Source of the DNA: a bacterium
GTDB lineage: Bacteria > Methylomirabilota > Methylomirabilia > CAVQYV01
Length of the DNA: 37,496 nt
Assembly (NCBI GenBank): GCA_043800755.1
Contig: JAZDMQ010000077.1
Span: 1-37,496 of the forward strand
Reading direction: 5' to 3'
Shown: positions 18,205 to 28,210 of the stretch, piece by piece
How positions within the stretch are numbered: the stretch's first letter is position 1
Layout: each line of letters starts with the position of its first letter
Made by a program: the position numbers and the translations under genes
Notes under the pieces: generated by a model
The model's database searches: none
The model's input: the letters and a program-made list of their open reading frames with translations, nothing else
What the model was told of the DNA's origin: nothing

Positions 18205-19818
18205 TCACGATTTCTTCCTTTCTCGTTGGCCTTCCTTCTCCACGATTTCCCCCATCTTGGTGATTTTTTCGATGTGGCGGACGATCTCCCCGAATCTTGA
18301 GATCTCCTTCATCAATTCCTGCAGATGCGAAAAGGCAGGATGGTCCTCAGGCAATGCCCGTAGGGTGACATCTGCTTGGTGGTGAACACTCCTCAAGGGC
18401 TGCTTCAACTCGCGCACCGTGGCCCCGGCCAGATCCGCCATCGCCTTCAGCCGCTGGCTTTCCACCAGACGTTCTTGCATGGCCCTCAGGTTTTCGTTCA
18501 TCTCCCTTTGTTCATCGTAGAGTCGGGCATTCTCGATGGCGATGGCCGCATAGCGGGCAATGGAGGAGAGCAGGCTCAGATCCTCTTCGGCGAAGGCGGT
18601 CTGATCCCGCTTGTTGATCACCTGCAATACCCCGATCACCTCTCCCCGGGTGGTAATGGGGACGCAGAGAGTGGAGCGGGTGGTAAATCCCGCCTCTTTG
18701 TCCCAGGAGCGATCGAAGCGCTCGTCTTGGGCTACATCCGGGATGAGGAGGGACTCCCCGGATTGAACCACCCACCCGATGACCCCCCGCTCAACCTTCA
18801 TCTTCTTTCCCTTGAGGCTTTGCCATTTCTCTCCCAGGGCAATCTCGAAGGTCAATTCTGACTTGTCCTTGCTCAGCAGGAGGAGGGATCCGGCCTCCAC
18901 ATCCAGGACCTCCTTCACCTTGGTCATGACCAGATCGAGGACCGTCTTTAGGTTCAAAGTGGAGGTGAGGACGATGCCAATCTCCGACAAGAGGGAGAGC
19001 TCCTGGATCTTCTCCGTGAGGGGGGTGATGTCCTGGATGATGGCGGAAAAACCTGAGAACTTCAGGTTTTCGAGGATATTGGTGAAGTTGATCTGCAGCA
19101 TCCGGTCCTGGTAGGGGAAGGTGATGCTCTCGTTGAGGGGGGTGGAGCTGATCTTGAATTTCTTGGTGATCCGATCGATCTCCTTGCTGAAGTGCTCATC
19201 CAGGGTGGAGGAGAACGAGTTGAGGATGAGCTCCAGTTCCGGGATGCCCAGGATCTTCGAGGCAGAAGGATTGACATAGATGATCTTTCCTCCCGCGTCC
19301 ACTTCCAGGACCCCCTCCGCGATATTCTCGAGCACCGTCTCCCGGTGATTGTGGGCGATCAGGAGCTCGTTGACCACCTCCCGCGGCTGCATCTTTTCCA
19401 CGCCCACGATGGACCTCCGGATGGAGGCCATCCAGGTCTTGCCCTGGAAGAGATTGAGGGTGCTCAAGACATCCCGTTTTAACTCCTCGAAGTTCCCTTT
19501 GGCGATATAGGCATCGGCTCCGATCTCGAAGACCTTGGTGGAGACCTCGGCCGCCACACCCGAGAGGATGATGACGGGGATGTTCTGGTAACGGGGGTCC
19601 AACTTCAGGTAATGACAGACCCGTGCTCCATCGATCTTGGGCATCACCAGATCCAGGATGACGAAGTCAGGGGGCGCATTTCGCACCGTCTCCAGGGCCT
19701 CCACCCCATCAAAGGCCTTCATCACCTGGTAGCCCTCTTTGGTGAGGAAGAGGCTGAGGAGGCTCACAAAATGCCGGTTATTGTCGACGATCAGGACTTT
19801 GTCTTTGGATAAGGGCAT
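18205..19818 (-). CDS. REC-PAS-GAF signalling protein with degenerate HisKA-like tail
   Basis: Receiver (LIVD, LDLVMP, IAK), PAS (IAEGV...YVNP), GAF (VPI...GVLQVINK...F), then LAGATVRELKQPL and stop with no HATPase. Confidence 0.85.
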   Translation of the reverse strand: MPLSKDKVLIVDNNRHFVSLLSLFLTKEGYQVMKAFDGVEALETVRNAPPDFVILDLVMPKIDGARVCHYLKLDPRYQNIPVIILSGVAAEVSTKVFEIGADAYIAKGNFEELKRDVLSTLNLFQGKTWMASIRRSIVGVEKMQPREVVNELLIAHNHRETVLENIAEGVLEVDAGGKIIYVNPSASKILGIPELELILNSFSSTLDEHFSKEIDRITKKFKISSTPLNESITFPYQDRMLQINFTNILENLKFSGFSAIIQDITPLTEKIQELSLLSEIGIVLTSTLNLKTVLDLVMTKVKEVLDVEAGSLLLLSKDKSELTFEIALGEKWQSLKGKKMKVERGVIGWVVQSGESLLIPDVAQDERFDRSWDKEAGFTTRSTLCVPITTRGEVIGVLQVINKRDQTAFAEEDLSLLSSIARYAAIAIENARLYDEQREMNENLRAMQERLVESQRLKAMADLAGATVRELKQPLRSVHHQADVTLRALPEDHPAFSHLQELMKEISRFGEIVRHIEKITKMGEIVEKEGQRERKKS

Positions 19819-19908
19819 GGTCTCAAGGAGTTGGCCGTCCCCGAAAACCGCTGACTGGGACGAGGAAGACGGCGTCGTAATCGATCTCTGGTTGAAGGAT
19901 CCTGGGGG

Positions 19909-20490
19909 TCACTGGGGCGCCCCTTTCTCGTGCTGGCGAGCCAAGAGCTGGGCGCAGCGAGGATCGGCCCGCAGACTTGCAAGATCCGGTTCCTTCTCGA
20001 TGAACTCCAGATCGGAGAATCCTTTTTCCATCGCTTGCTGCAAGTAGGACAGGCTGAGGTCCAGGTGGCCCGAAAGCGAATGAAGGCAGGCGAGGTTGAA
20101 GAGGGCCGCCCCATAATCTGGATAGAGCCCCAGGGCCTTTTCATATTCCAAAACAGCCAGATCCAGTTTCCCCTGGCGGCTGAAGCCATAGCCGAGATTG
20201 TTGTGAAAACTGGCATCCTTAGGGTCAACGGCAATCGCCTGCTGGTAACACTCGATCGCCTCTTTCGCCTTCCCCAAGGAGAGCCAGATGTTGCCGAGGT
20301 TGCTCCAGGCCCAACCATATTGAGGGTCCAGCGCGATGGCCTGCTGGTACTCGGCAATGGCCTCCTCGGACTTCCCCTGGGATTGATAGATGACCCCCCG
20401 GTTATAGTGGTCGCGCGCCTCCTGGGACTCCCCCCAGGCCAGGGAGCAGATCAGCAACGGCAAGAGCAGTAACCATCGGGCGAGGCGCAT
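19909..20490 (-). CDS. Secreted tetratricopeptide-repeat protein
   Basis: Signal peptide, repeated YNRG/SNLG/NNLG/FNLA TPR units, DLASLR.DPR terminal motif. Confidence 0.9.
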   Translation of the reverse strand: MRLARWLLLLPLLICSLAWGESQEARDHYNRGVIYQSQGKSEEAIAEYQQAIALDPQYGWAWSNLGNIWLSLGKAKEAIECYQQAIAVDPKDASFHNNLGYGFSRQGKLDLAVLEYEKALGLYPDYGAALFNLACLHSLSGHLDLSLSYLQQAMEKGFSDLEFIEKEPDLASLRADPRCAQLLARQHEKGAPQ

Positions 20491-20505
20491 CCGGATCCCT
20501 TTGTC

Positions 20506-21600
20506 TCAAACCTGCAGGGGGTAGCCTCCGTACTTGAAGGTGGACTCTCGCATGGCGTTGAAGTTGGCCAAGGGGACATAAGAGGGAACCGAGTTGCTGG
20601 ATCCGACACAATAGCCACCGCCGGGCCCAATCTCCTTGATGCGCAGCCTAACCTCCTCCTCCACCTCGGCCGGGGTCCCGCGAGTCAGGGTGTACCCGAG
20701 ATCAATGTTGCCGATGAGACAGAGCGACCGTCCATACTCCTGCTTCAACTCTCCGATGTCCATCGCCTTGGGCTCAATGGGATGCAAGGCAGCGAAGCCG
20801 CAATCGATGAGATCTGGGATCACCTCGGTGACTTTGCCGTCCGAGTGGTAAATGGAAGGGATGCCGCGCTGGCGGCACAAATCGACCGCCCACTTATACC
20901 AGGGGAAGACATACTTCCGGAGATAGGCGGGGGAGACGATCAGGGCCTCGGTGTAGGCGATGTCATCGGGATGCCAGACCGCCCCTACATGATCGAAGCC
21001 CAGGATTACCTTCAGGGCTTCGGATTGGATCTCCTTCACCTTTTCCTGGATCGCCTCCACCAGCCCCAGATTCTCCCTCAGGGCGAAGCAGAAGGTCTCA
21101 AAGCCCATGAGCCACCAGACCGAGGTGTAGATGTATCCCATGTAGACGATGGCCTTCATACCTGGAGGCAGATGGGCCTTGACCTTCTCCACCATGGAGT
21201 AGTCCAGATCTTCAGCCTTGGGCCAGGGAAAGTCCTTAAACTCGTCCCAGTTGGTGATGAGGCCTTTGCCTTCAGGGGCCCAGGAACGCTCGGTGGTGCC
21301 CCCCTGGTAGACCGTATAGTCGCCCTTGATCTTCCGGGTCATGTCCTGGGCCTTCTCTCCCTTTTTCGGGGAGAGGTAGTGGGGCCAGAAGACCTCCCGA
21401 AATCCTGCCTGGATGGAGACGAAATCATAACCTGCCCGGTACCAGAATTCCACTTCGTCAGAGATCGTCTGGACGGGCCGGCCCAGAAAGGCGCATTTGA
21501 CATCATAGTCGATCGAGGCCTCAGCCAAGGGGACGCGGTCCGGCTCTCCCTTCAGGGTCAACGCCGTGTGGAATCGAGTGAAATCTGGGTCGAGTTTCAT
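20506..21600 (-). CDS. Uroporphyrinogen decarboxylase / MtaA-CmuA superfamily protein
   Basis: EPDRVP, DDIA, YHSDG, LHPIEP, GNID, GGGYCVGSSNSV. Start trimmed to MKLDPDF. Confidence 0.88.
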   Translation of the reverse strand: MKLDPDFTRFHTALTLKGEPDRVPLAEASIDYDVKCAFLGRPVQTISDEVEFWYRAGYDFVSIQAGFREVFWPHYLSPKKGEKAQDMTRKIKGDYTVYQGGTTERSWAPEGKGLITNWDEFKDFPWPKAEDLDYSMVEKVKAHLPPGMKAIVYMGYIYTSVWWLMGFETFCFALRENLGLVEAIQEKVKEIQSEALKVILGFDHVGAVWHPDDIAYTEALIVSPAYLRKYVFPWYKWAVDLCRQRGIPSIYHSDGKVTEVIPDLIDCGFAALHPIEPKAMDIGELKQEYGRSLCLIGNIDLGYTLTRGTPAEVEEEVRLRIKEIGPGGGYCVGSSNSVPSYVPLANFNAMRESTFKYGGYPLQV

Positions 21601-21616
21601 AGATCCTTCTAAGAGA

Positions 21617-22573
21617 TCAGGCCCTGGCCGCTTTAGGGCGGACCTTGAGGAGCTCCCGGGCCGCCTGGGCGATATTTTCGGCGGTGAGCCCCCACTTCTG
21701 ATACAGCTCCTCGGTGGGTCCCAAGCCGCAGAAGGTGTCTTCAATGCCGACGCGGCGCATGGGCACAGGATATCCCTCCACCACCACCTCCGCCACGGCT
21801 GAGCCGAAACCGGCCATGACATTGTGCTCCTCGGCGGTGACGATGGCGCCGGTCTCCTTCGCCGCCCTGAGAATCGCAGATCGATCGATCGGTTTGATGG
21901 TGTGGATGTTGATGACCCGGGCGGAGACGCCGTCCTTGGCCAACAGGTCAGCGGCGGCCAGGGCGCGGGAGACCATGAGGCCCGTGGCCAGCAGGGAGAT
22001 GTCGTTTCCCTCCTTCAGGGTGATGGCCTTGCCCAGCTCGAAGGGATAATCTGCCTCATAGATCACCGGGGCAGGGTAGCGGCCAAAACGGATGAAGGTG
22101 GGTCCCTCATGCTTTGCGGCGGCATGGACTGCCTTCTCGATCTCCATCGCATCCGCAGGGGAGAGGAGGGTCATGTTGGGGATGGCCCTGAGGATGGCGA
22201 TATCCTCCACCGAGTGATGGGTGGCCCCGCCCACCCCCATATTGATGCCACTGCACATCCCTGCCATCTTCACATTCATGCGGGGATAGCAGACATCGGT
22301 TCGCATCTGCTCACAGGAACGCATCACCATAAAGGGGGTATAGGTGTGGACGAAGGGGATCTTGCCGCAGGTGGCCAGGCCAGCTGCAATGCCCATCAGA
22401 TTTTGCTCCGCCACCCCCACATTGAAGAAGCGGTCAGGGTACTTGAGAGAGAACTCCTCGATCATGAAAGGGTGCATGAGGTCAGCAGTCAGGCAGAATA
22501 TCCTCTCGTCCTGGCCGCCTACCTCCACCAAGGCCTTGGCGTAGGCCTGTACTGGATTTGCTGATTTCTCCAT
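21617..22573 (-). CDS. Split transketolase, C-terminal (pyrimidine-binding) subunit, copy 1
   Basis: NVGVAEQN, GATHHSVED, TIKPID, EEHN..GFG. Confidence 0.92.
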   Translation of the reverse strand: MEKSANPVQAYAKALVEVGGQDERIFCLTADLMHPFMIEEFSLKYPDRFFNVGVAEQNLMGIAAGLATCGKIPFVHTYTPFMVMRSCEQMRTDVCYPRMNVKMAGMCSGINMGVGGATHHSVEDIAILRAIPNMTLLSPADAMEIEKAVHAAAKHEGPTFIRFGRYPAPVIYEADYPFELGKAITLKEGNDISLLATGLMVSRALAAADLLAKDGVSARVINIHTIKPIDRSAILRAAKETGAIVTAEEHNVMAGFGSAVAEVVVEGYPVPMRRVGIEDTFCGLGPTEELYQKWGLTAENIAQAARELLKVRPKAARA

Positions 22574-22591
22574 CGTTATCTCCTTGTCCCC

Positions 22592-23431
22592 TCAGATTCC
22601 TTTCTCCAGTTCTGCCAGGGCCGCCTCGGTTTGTTCCTTGGTGGCAACCCCAAAGTGCCAGTGATGATTGTTTTCCATGAAGGAGACCCCTTTCCCTTTG
22701 ATCGTATTGGCAATAATGGCGGAAGGGGACCCAGGGGTGAAAGGCAGTGATTTCAGGGTGCTGACGACCTCTTCCATATTGTGGCCATCGATCTCGCGGG
22801 TCGCCCAGCGGAAGTCATTGAATTTCCGCGCCAGGGGCTCCAGGCCCATCAGTTCTTCCGTGAAACCATCCACCCCGATCTGGTTGCGATCCACGATGCA
22901 GACCAGGTTGTCCAGCTTGAATTGGGAAGCGGACATGATGGCCTCCCAGGTGGATCCTTCCTGCAGGTCGGCATCCCCGATCATCACGAAGACCCGATAG
23001 CCCTTCTGGTCATGCTTCCCGGCGATGGCCATGCCCACGCCCGCAGAGAGACCATGGCCTAAGGACCCGGCCGTCATGTCGCAGCCCTTGATCTTGGTCA
23101 TATCCTCATGCATGCCAAAGGGGCTTCCCAGTCTATTATAAGTGGCGAGGAGATCCTCGAAGGGAAAATAGCCAGCATCGGCCAGGGCGGTACACTTGGC
23201 AACGCTGATGTGGCCCTTGCTCAGGATGAAGCGATCTCGATCTGGCCAGCAGGGGTCATTAGGATTGATCTTCATAATATTGAAATAGAGCGCCGCGAGA
23301 ATATCCGCCGCCGAGAGGGCTCCCCCGAAATGGCCCCCACTTGACTGGGCCAAGACCTGTACCACACCTTTGCGGATCTTCTTGGCCTTCTCTTTTAGCA
23401 AGGAGATTTTCTCTTTGTCCACTGTCTCCAT
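22592..23431 (-). CDS. Split transketolase, N-terminal (ThDP-binding) subunit, copy 1
   Basis: GHFGG.LS, DRFILSKGH, GSLGHG, variant GDADLQEG motif, KGKGVSFME. Start trimmed to METVDK. Confidence 0.92.
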   Translation of the reverse strand: METVDKEKISLLKEKAKKIRKGVVQVLAQSSGGHFGGALSAADILAALYFNIMKINPNDPCWPDRDRFILSKGHISVAKCTALADAGYFPFEDLLATYNRLGSPFGMHEDMTKIKGCDMTAGSLGHGLSAGVGMAIAGKHDQKGYRVFVMIGDADLQEGSTWEAIMSASQFKLDNLVCIVDRNQIGVDGFTEELMGLEPLARKFNDFRWATREIDGHNMEEVVSTLKSLPFTPGSPSAIIANTIKGKGVSFMENNHHWHFGVATKEQTEAALAELEKGI

Positions 23432-23555
23432 ACTCTTCCCCCTTTGTGGGTTGGTTCGGTTCGACAAACCACCCCTTCATATTATATTTGCCCGGAACTG
23501 TCAACTCCAATTTGGCCCACCGCCGAAGCCCTCCCCCGTTGCCGGTGGCCTTGTC

Positions 23556-23584
23556 TTGACAGGAGGAGCAGGGATGTGTATAAG
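23556..23584 (+). promoter_or_regulatory. Sigma70 promoter for the PfkB kinase
   Basis: TTGACA-N17-TATAAG. Confidence 0.6.
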
Positions 23585-23661
23585 AATAGGCCGAATCGCG
23601 CAGGGATACGGAGGCTGGAGCTCAAAATAGCCGGAAGAGGTATCGCGAGGAGGGAAATAGA

Positions 23662-24570
23662 ATGGGGATCCTGGTGGTGGGCTCGGTGGCCCTGGACAGC
23701 GTGGCCACTCCCTTTGGGGCGGTAAGAGAGGTGCTGGGAGGATCGGCCACCTATTTTTCCGCCGCCGCAAGCTTTTTCGCCCCGGTCAGCCTGGTGGCGG
23801 TGGTGGGAGAGGATTTCCCCAGCGAAGACCTCTCGTTTCTGCGGAATCGGTCCGTCGATTTGAGGGGGCTGCAACAGGCCAGGGGGAAGACCTTTCGCTG
23901 GCAGGGCGAGTATGGCTATGATTTGAACCAGGCGAAGACGATCGAGACCCAGCTCAATGTCTTCGCCGAATTCCTTCCTCGGATCCCGGAGGCCTATCGG
24001 GAGGAGAAGATCGTCTTTCTGGCCAACATCGACCCCGACCTGCAGCGGGAGGTGTTGGAGCAGGTGAAGGACCCTCAATTCGTGGCGGCGGACACCATGA
24101 ACTATTGGATTGAGGGCAAACCAGATTCCTTGAAGAGGACCCTAAAGGCGGTGGATGTGCTGATCGTCAACGATGCGGAGGTGAGGCAACTGGCCAAAGA
24201 GCCCAATCTGGTCAAGGCGGCCCGCCAGATCCTCGCCTGGGGGCCCAACTCTCTGGTGGTGAAGAGGGGGGAATACGGGGCCCTGATGTTCTGCAACGAG
24301 GGCTGCTTTGCGGCCCCTGCCTATCCCCTGGAGGCGGTCTGTGATCCCACCGGCGCCGGCGATAGCTTTGCCGGCGGGTTTATGGGATATCTGGCCAATA
24401 CCCTGAATTTCTCCGAGACCAATATCCGCAGGGCCGTGGTTATGGGGAGCGTGATGGCCTCCTTCAATGTGGAGGATTTCTCCCTCAACCGCTTGAAGTC
24501 CCTTACCTATTCGGAGATCGAGGCGCGATATCGGGAGTTCAGGCGCCTCTCCCACTTTGAGGACCTTTAG
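23662..24570 (+). CDS. PfkB / ribokinase family kinase
   Basis: VVGSVALD, LGGSATY, N.AE, KRGEYG, DPTGAGDSFAGG. Confidence 0.93.
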   Translation: MGILVVGSVALDSVATPFGAVREVLGGSATYFSAAASFFAPVSLVAVVGEDFPSEDLSFLRNRSVDLRGLQQARGKTFRWQGEYGYDLNQAKTIETQLNVFAEFLPRIPEAYREEKIVFLANIDPDLQREVLEQVKDPQFVAADTMNYWIEGKPDSLKRTLKAVDVLIVNDAEVRQLAKEPNLVKAARQILAWGPNSLVVKRGEYGALMFCNEGCFAAPAYPLEAVCDPTGAGDSFAGGFMGYLANTLNFSETNIRRAVVMGSVMASFNVEDFSLNRLKSLTYSEIEARYREFRRLSHFEDL

Positions 24571-24600
24571 GGTCTCTTGGAGATCCTTCTTCCTCTCTCT

Positions 24601-26208
24601 CTACCAGGCGATGGCGCAGCCGTCGCTCCTGGGGTCGGCCGCCCCCTCGTAAATCCTCTGCTCCCCCTCCCCGACGACAGCGATGGCATGGGCGTGGCCG
24701 AAGAACTCCGAACACTCCTCTAACCACTTCACGGAATGTCCCTTCGCTTCTAACTCCCCTCCTACCTCTTGGGGGATGTCTCCTTCTAAATGGAGATAAG
24801 GCGGGTCTCCCTGGCTGCGAGGGCCCATGAGCCAGCGCGGGGCGTTAATGGCCTGCTGCACATTCATCCCGAAGTCGATGAAATTGCACAGGACCTGGAG
24901 CTGGGTCTGGGGCTGTCCCTCGCCTCCCATCGTCCCAAAGACCAGGACGGGCTTTCCATCGCGGAAGGCCATGGCCGGGATCAGGGTATGCATGGTCCGC
25001 TTCATCGACTCCAGCCGATTGACATGGTCCTCTCGCAGGGAGAAATAGGCCCCGCGATTCTGCAAGAGGATGCCGGTATCTTTAACGGCTACCCCGGACC
25101 CGAAGGGGAAATAGAGGCTCTGGATCAAAGAGACGAGATTGCCCCAACGGTCTGCGGTGCAGAGGTAGATGGTGTCGCCTGTCACAGGGTAGCTCGCATG
25201 GGCGGCTGGGTTAGCCTTACCTTGATCTATGCCCCCCGACCGTTTCCTGGCATATCCTTTCGATAAGAGCTCCCTCACCGGGATCTCCGCGAAATCGGGG
25301 TCGGTGATATAGGCGTCCCGGTCGGCGAAGGCGAGTTTCTTGATCTCCGCCAGAAGATGGATATAGGGGGAGGAGTTGTGGGCAAGCTGGGCTAACTCGA
25401 AGTTCTCGGCCAGGTTGAGCTCGATCAGAGTAGCCAGCCCCTGGGTGTTGGGGGGGAGCTCGTAGACCTCGTATCCCCGATAGCTGGTGTGGATGGGCTC
25501 CACCCATTCCGAGCGGTGGGAGGCGAGGTCCTCGGTGCGCAATAGCCCGCCCTCCGCTTCGCAGAATCGGCTGATGGATTCTCCCAGTCGTCCATGATAA
25601 AAGGCATCCGCACCCTGGTCGGCGATCATATTCAGGGATCGAGCATAATTGGAGAGCTTGAGGATCTGCCCGGGTTGGGGGATCGAATCGTTGGGAAGGA
25701 AGGTCTTACGGCTCTCCTCGTATTGGGAAAGTACAGGGGAACATTCGGCGATCCAGCGACTCAGCCGCGGGCTGACCGGGAAGCCCGCCTCCGCATATTC
25801 GATGGCTGGAGAAAGGAGCTGCTCCAGGCTCATGGTCCCAAACCTCTGCTGGGCCATGGACCAGCCGTCCGCAGCGCCGGGAATGCTCACCGAGAGGACC
25901 CCCCGCAGGGGGATGGAGTTCAGTCCCTGGTCAGCGAAAAAGGCCCGGGTGGCCCGGGCAGGGGATCTGCCGCTGGCATTCAGGCCAATGAGTTGACCCT
26001 CCTGGGCGGAATAAATGAGCATGAAGAGATCGCCGCCAATCCCGCACATATGGGGATAAACCACCCCCAGGGCGGCATTGGCCGCGATCGCGGCATCCAC
26101 CGCGCAACCCCCCGACAGGAGGATTCTTGCACCCGCCAAAGAGGCGAGATAATGGGGGGATACGACCATCCCCTTCCTTCCCATCACCGGGTGTTCGATT
26201 CGGGCCAT
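24601..26208 (-). CDS. ggt: Gamma-glutamyltransferase family protein (no signal peptide)
   Basis: AVDAAIA, CGIGGD, PPNTQG, DTIYL nucleophile Thr, FGSG, GTMGG..QPQ, DPRSDG. Start trimmed to MARIEHP. Confidence 0.92.
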   Translation of the reverse strand: MARIEHPVMGRKGMVVSPHYLASLAGARILLSGGCAVDAAIAANAALGVVYPHMCGIGGDLFMLIYSAQEGQLIGLNASGRSPARATRAFFADQGLNSIPLRGVLSVSIPGAADGWSMAQQRFGTMSLEQLLSPAIEYAEAGFPVSPRLSRWIAECSPVLSQYEESRKTFLPNDSIPQPGQILKLSNYARSLNMIADQGADAFYHGRLGESISRFCEAEGGLLRTEDLASHRSEWVEPIHTSYRGYEVYELPPNTQGLATLIELNLAENFELAQLAHNSSPYIHLLAEIKKLAFADRDAYITDPDFAEIPVRELLSKGYARKRSGGIDQGKANPAAHASYPVTGDTIYLCTADRWGNLVSLIQSLYFPFGSGVAVKDTGILLQNRGAYFSLREDHVNRLESMKRTMHTLIPAMAFRDGKPVLVFGTMGGEGQPQTQLQVLCNFIDFGMNVQQAINAPRWLMGPRSQGDPPYLHLEGDIPQEVGGELEAKGHSVKWLEECSEFFGHAHAIAVVGEGEQRIYEGAADPRSDGCAIAW

Positions 26209-26484
26209 CTGAGCTCCTCCTCCCCAAAGAATTGTCGCTTCTTGACCCAGGCTATTATGCCCTGCAGGCTCTGTCAATGGGAAATTGGAGAGCGGGAGAG
26301 GCACCGATTTTGTCCTTGACAAGGTGGCCATAATCTGCGATAAAAATTCGACAAATCCAGCTCATTCCCAATTGAAGTCCCTCCGCGCGGGCCATCCAGG
26401 AGAAAGGAGGGAGGGTAGAATCGAACGCGAGGCGGGACAAAAAAATCATCGTGATCGTCATCCTTCACAAGGAGGAAGAAGTCT

Positions 26485-28203
26485 ATGAAGACAATAGACT
26501 GGGTTATCCTCTGGGCTTCCATCCTGGGAGTCTTGGTCGCAGGTTTTCCCTTTAGGAAATACATCAAGTCGGTCAAGGATTACCTGCTGGCGGGCCGGAC
26601 CCAGCCCTGGTATCTGATCGCGCCCTCCTGCCAGGCGGTACAATCGGATGTGGGTGATTACTTCGGCGCGGCTGCCTTTGGGTATCAGCATGGTTTTGTG
26701 GCCTTTGCCTGGTACGCCATTTGCTGTCCCCTCACCTGGCTCATTGGGGCCCACACCACCATTCCGGTGATGTATCGCTCCGGGGTTTGGACCCCGGCGG
26801 AGTATCTGGAGGTTCGCTTCAACGTCGCCGCTCGCATCTGGGGGGCGATGCTCATCCTTTTGCAGCGTCTCTTCGTCATGGGAAACATGATCTTGGGCAC
26901 GGCCCTCCTCTTCAAGGTCCTGACCGGAACCAGCCTGCTCGGAGGCTCTATCCTGGCCCTGGCCCTGGGCTTCGTCTATGTCCTCTTCGGAGGGGTGGCC
27001 GCCACCGTGGTGGTGGGAACGGCGCAGCAGGTGCTGATGACCGTGGCCGCCTGGGCCCTGTTCATCGTGGGGTGGTCGGCCACCGGTGGATTTCCGGCGG
27101 TCTGGGCCAAGTTCCCTCAGTATATGCACATCGGATTTCAGCCCAGCAACCCGCAGATCGGGTGGGGGTTGGGATTCCTGGGGATCGCCGTTGGCACCTT
27201 GGGCTATGCGGTCTATCAGGCGGAGCAGATCTCCCGTCCCCTCTCGGCCCGCACCGAATGGGATGGCCGCCTGGGTTATACCCTGGCCGGGCCCATCTGC
27301 ATCCTCCACCAGGCCGCGGTCATCCCGGTGGGGATCTTCGGCCTGATCCTGTATGGCGTGGCCAATCCCAGCCTGACCCCCCGGGATATCCTCTATCCCA
27401 AGATGATGGTCGAGTTGTTGCCCTCAGGCCTGTTGGGGATCTGCGTGGCCGGGGTCATGGCGGCCACGGTCTCTACCATCGCGGCCAATGCCATGTCCTG
27501 CGCGGGCATCCTCACCCGGGATGTCTACGCCCGCCTCTTCAAGCATGAGGCGACCGATCGCCACTATCTGAATGTCTCCCGGGTGATCACCTTCTTCTGG
27601 TTTGTCCTGGGGGTAGGCCTGGTTCCCCTTATCGCCAAGGGTGGCATGATGAACACCTGGATGAAGGTGACCGGAGCCTTTGTGGCCCCCCTCCTGCCGC
27701 CGGTGCTCTTCTCCACCATCTACCCCCGTTCCAGCCGTTGGTCGGGCTTCCTGGCCATGATCGCAGGCGGGCTCTTCGGCACCCTGAACCTCGTCTTCCC
27801 CTGGGCGCCGTTGAAGGCCCTGATTGGTCCGAAGTTCGGCCACTTCCTGGTCTTCCCCCTCACCAATACGGTCTTCACCACCATTGCCTACTTCCTGATC
27901 TCCGAGATCGAGAACGCGATTCGGGGCGCGTTGCCCAAGTCCGAGTGGGTGGGAAAGGTGGTCTGGACCCTTCCGGAGAATATGAAACACTACAAGAACG
28001 TGGAGGAGGCGTTGGCCAAGGGCAATTTCGTGGAGGCCCCCTCCAATGTGGACATCGATACCTCCCTGGCAGGGGACTTGATCGTCCTGAAGAATGGGGT
28101 ACCCATCTACGGGGGCAGCGGGCTCCCCTGGTTTAAACGCATCGGGACCTGGACCTGGATTGTAGGTCTCCTCTTGCTGGCCATAACCATCTACTTCTGG
28201 TAA
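26485..28203 (+). CDS. Sodium:solute symporter (SSS / SLC5 family)
   Basis: DYLLAGR, T.AEYLEVRF, YV..GG, LP.GL.G...AG..AA..ST, D.Y; many TM helices. Confidence 0.92.
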   Translation: MKTIDWVILWASILGVLVAGFPFRKYIKSVKDYLLAGRTQPWYLIAPSCQAVQSDVGDYFGAAAFGYQHGFVAFAWYAICCPLTWLIGAHTTIPVMYRSGVWTPAEYLEVRFNVAARIWGAMLILLQRLFVMGNMILGTALLFKVLTGTSLLGGSILALALGFVYVLFGGVAATVVVGTAQQVLMTVAAWALFIVGWSATGGFPAVWAKFPQYMHIGFQPSNPQIGWGLGFLGIAVGTLGYAVYQAEQISRPLSARTEWDGRLGYTLAGPICILHQAAVIPVGIFGLILYGVANPSLTPRDILYPKMMVELLPSGLLGICVAGVMAATVSTIAANAMSCAGILTRDVYARLFKHEATDRHYLNVSRVITFFWFVLGVGLVPLIAKGGMMNTWMKVTGAFVAPLLPPVLFSTIYPRSSRWSGFLAMIAGGLFGTLNLVFPWAPLKALIGPKFGHFLVFPLTNTVFTTIAYFLISEIENAIRGALPKSEWVGKVVWTLPENMKHYKNVEEALAKGNFVEAPSNVDIDTSLAGDLIVLKNGVPIYGGSGLPWFKRIGTWTWIVGLLLLAITIYFW

Positions 28204-28210
28204 AAAGGGG

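Noticed and set aside
21601..21822. N-terminal extensions of ORF-track calls (UroD-like, porC, ggt, TK-C copy 2, HD, mscL)
   Set aside because: They overlap upstream genes or promoters; a downstream ATG with an RBS matches the family start, so these are not fusions.
23449..23470. Imperfect palindrome ggttggttcggttcgacaaacc as a GntR-type operator
   Set aside because: Too degenerate, no second copy found, and no regulator gene in the window.
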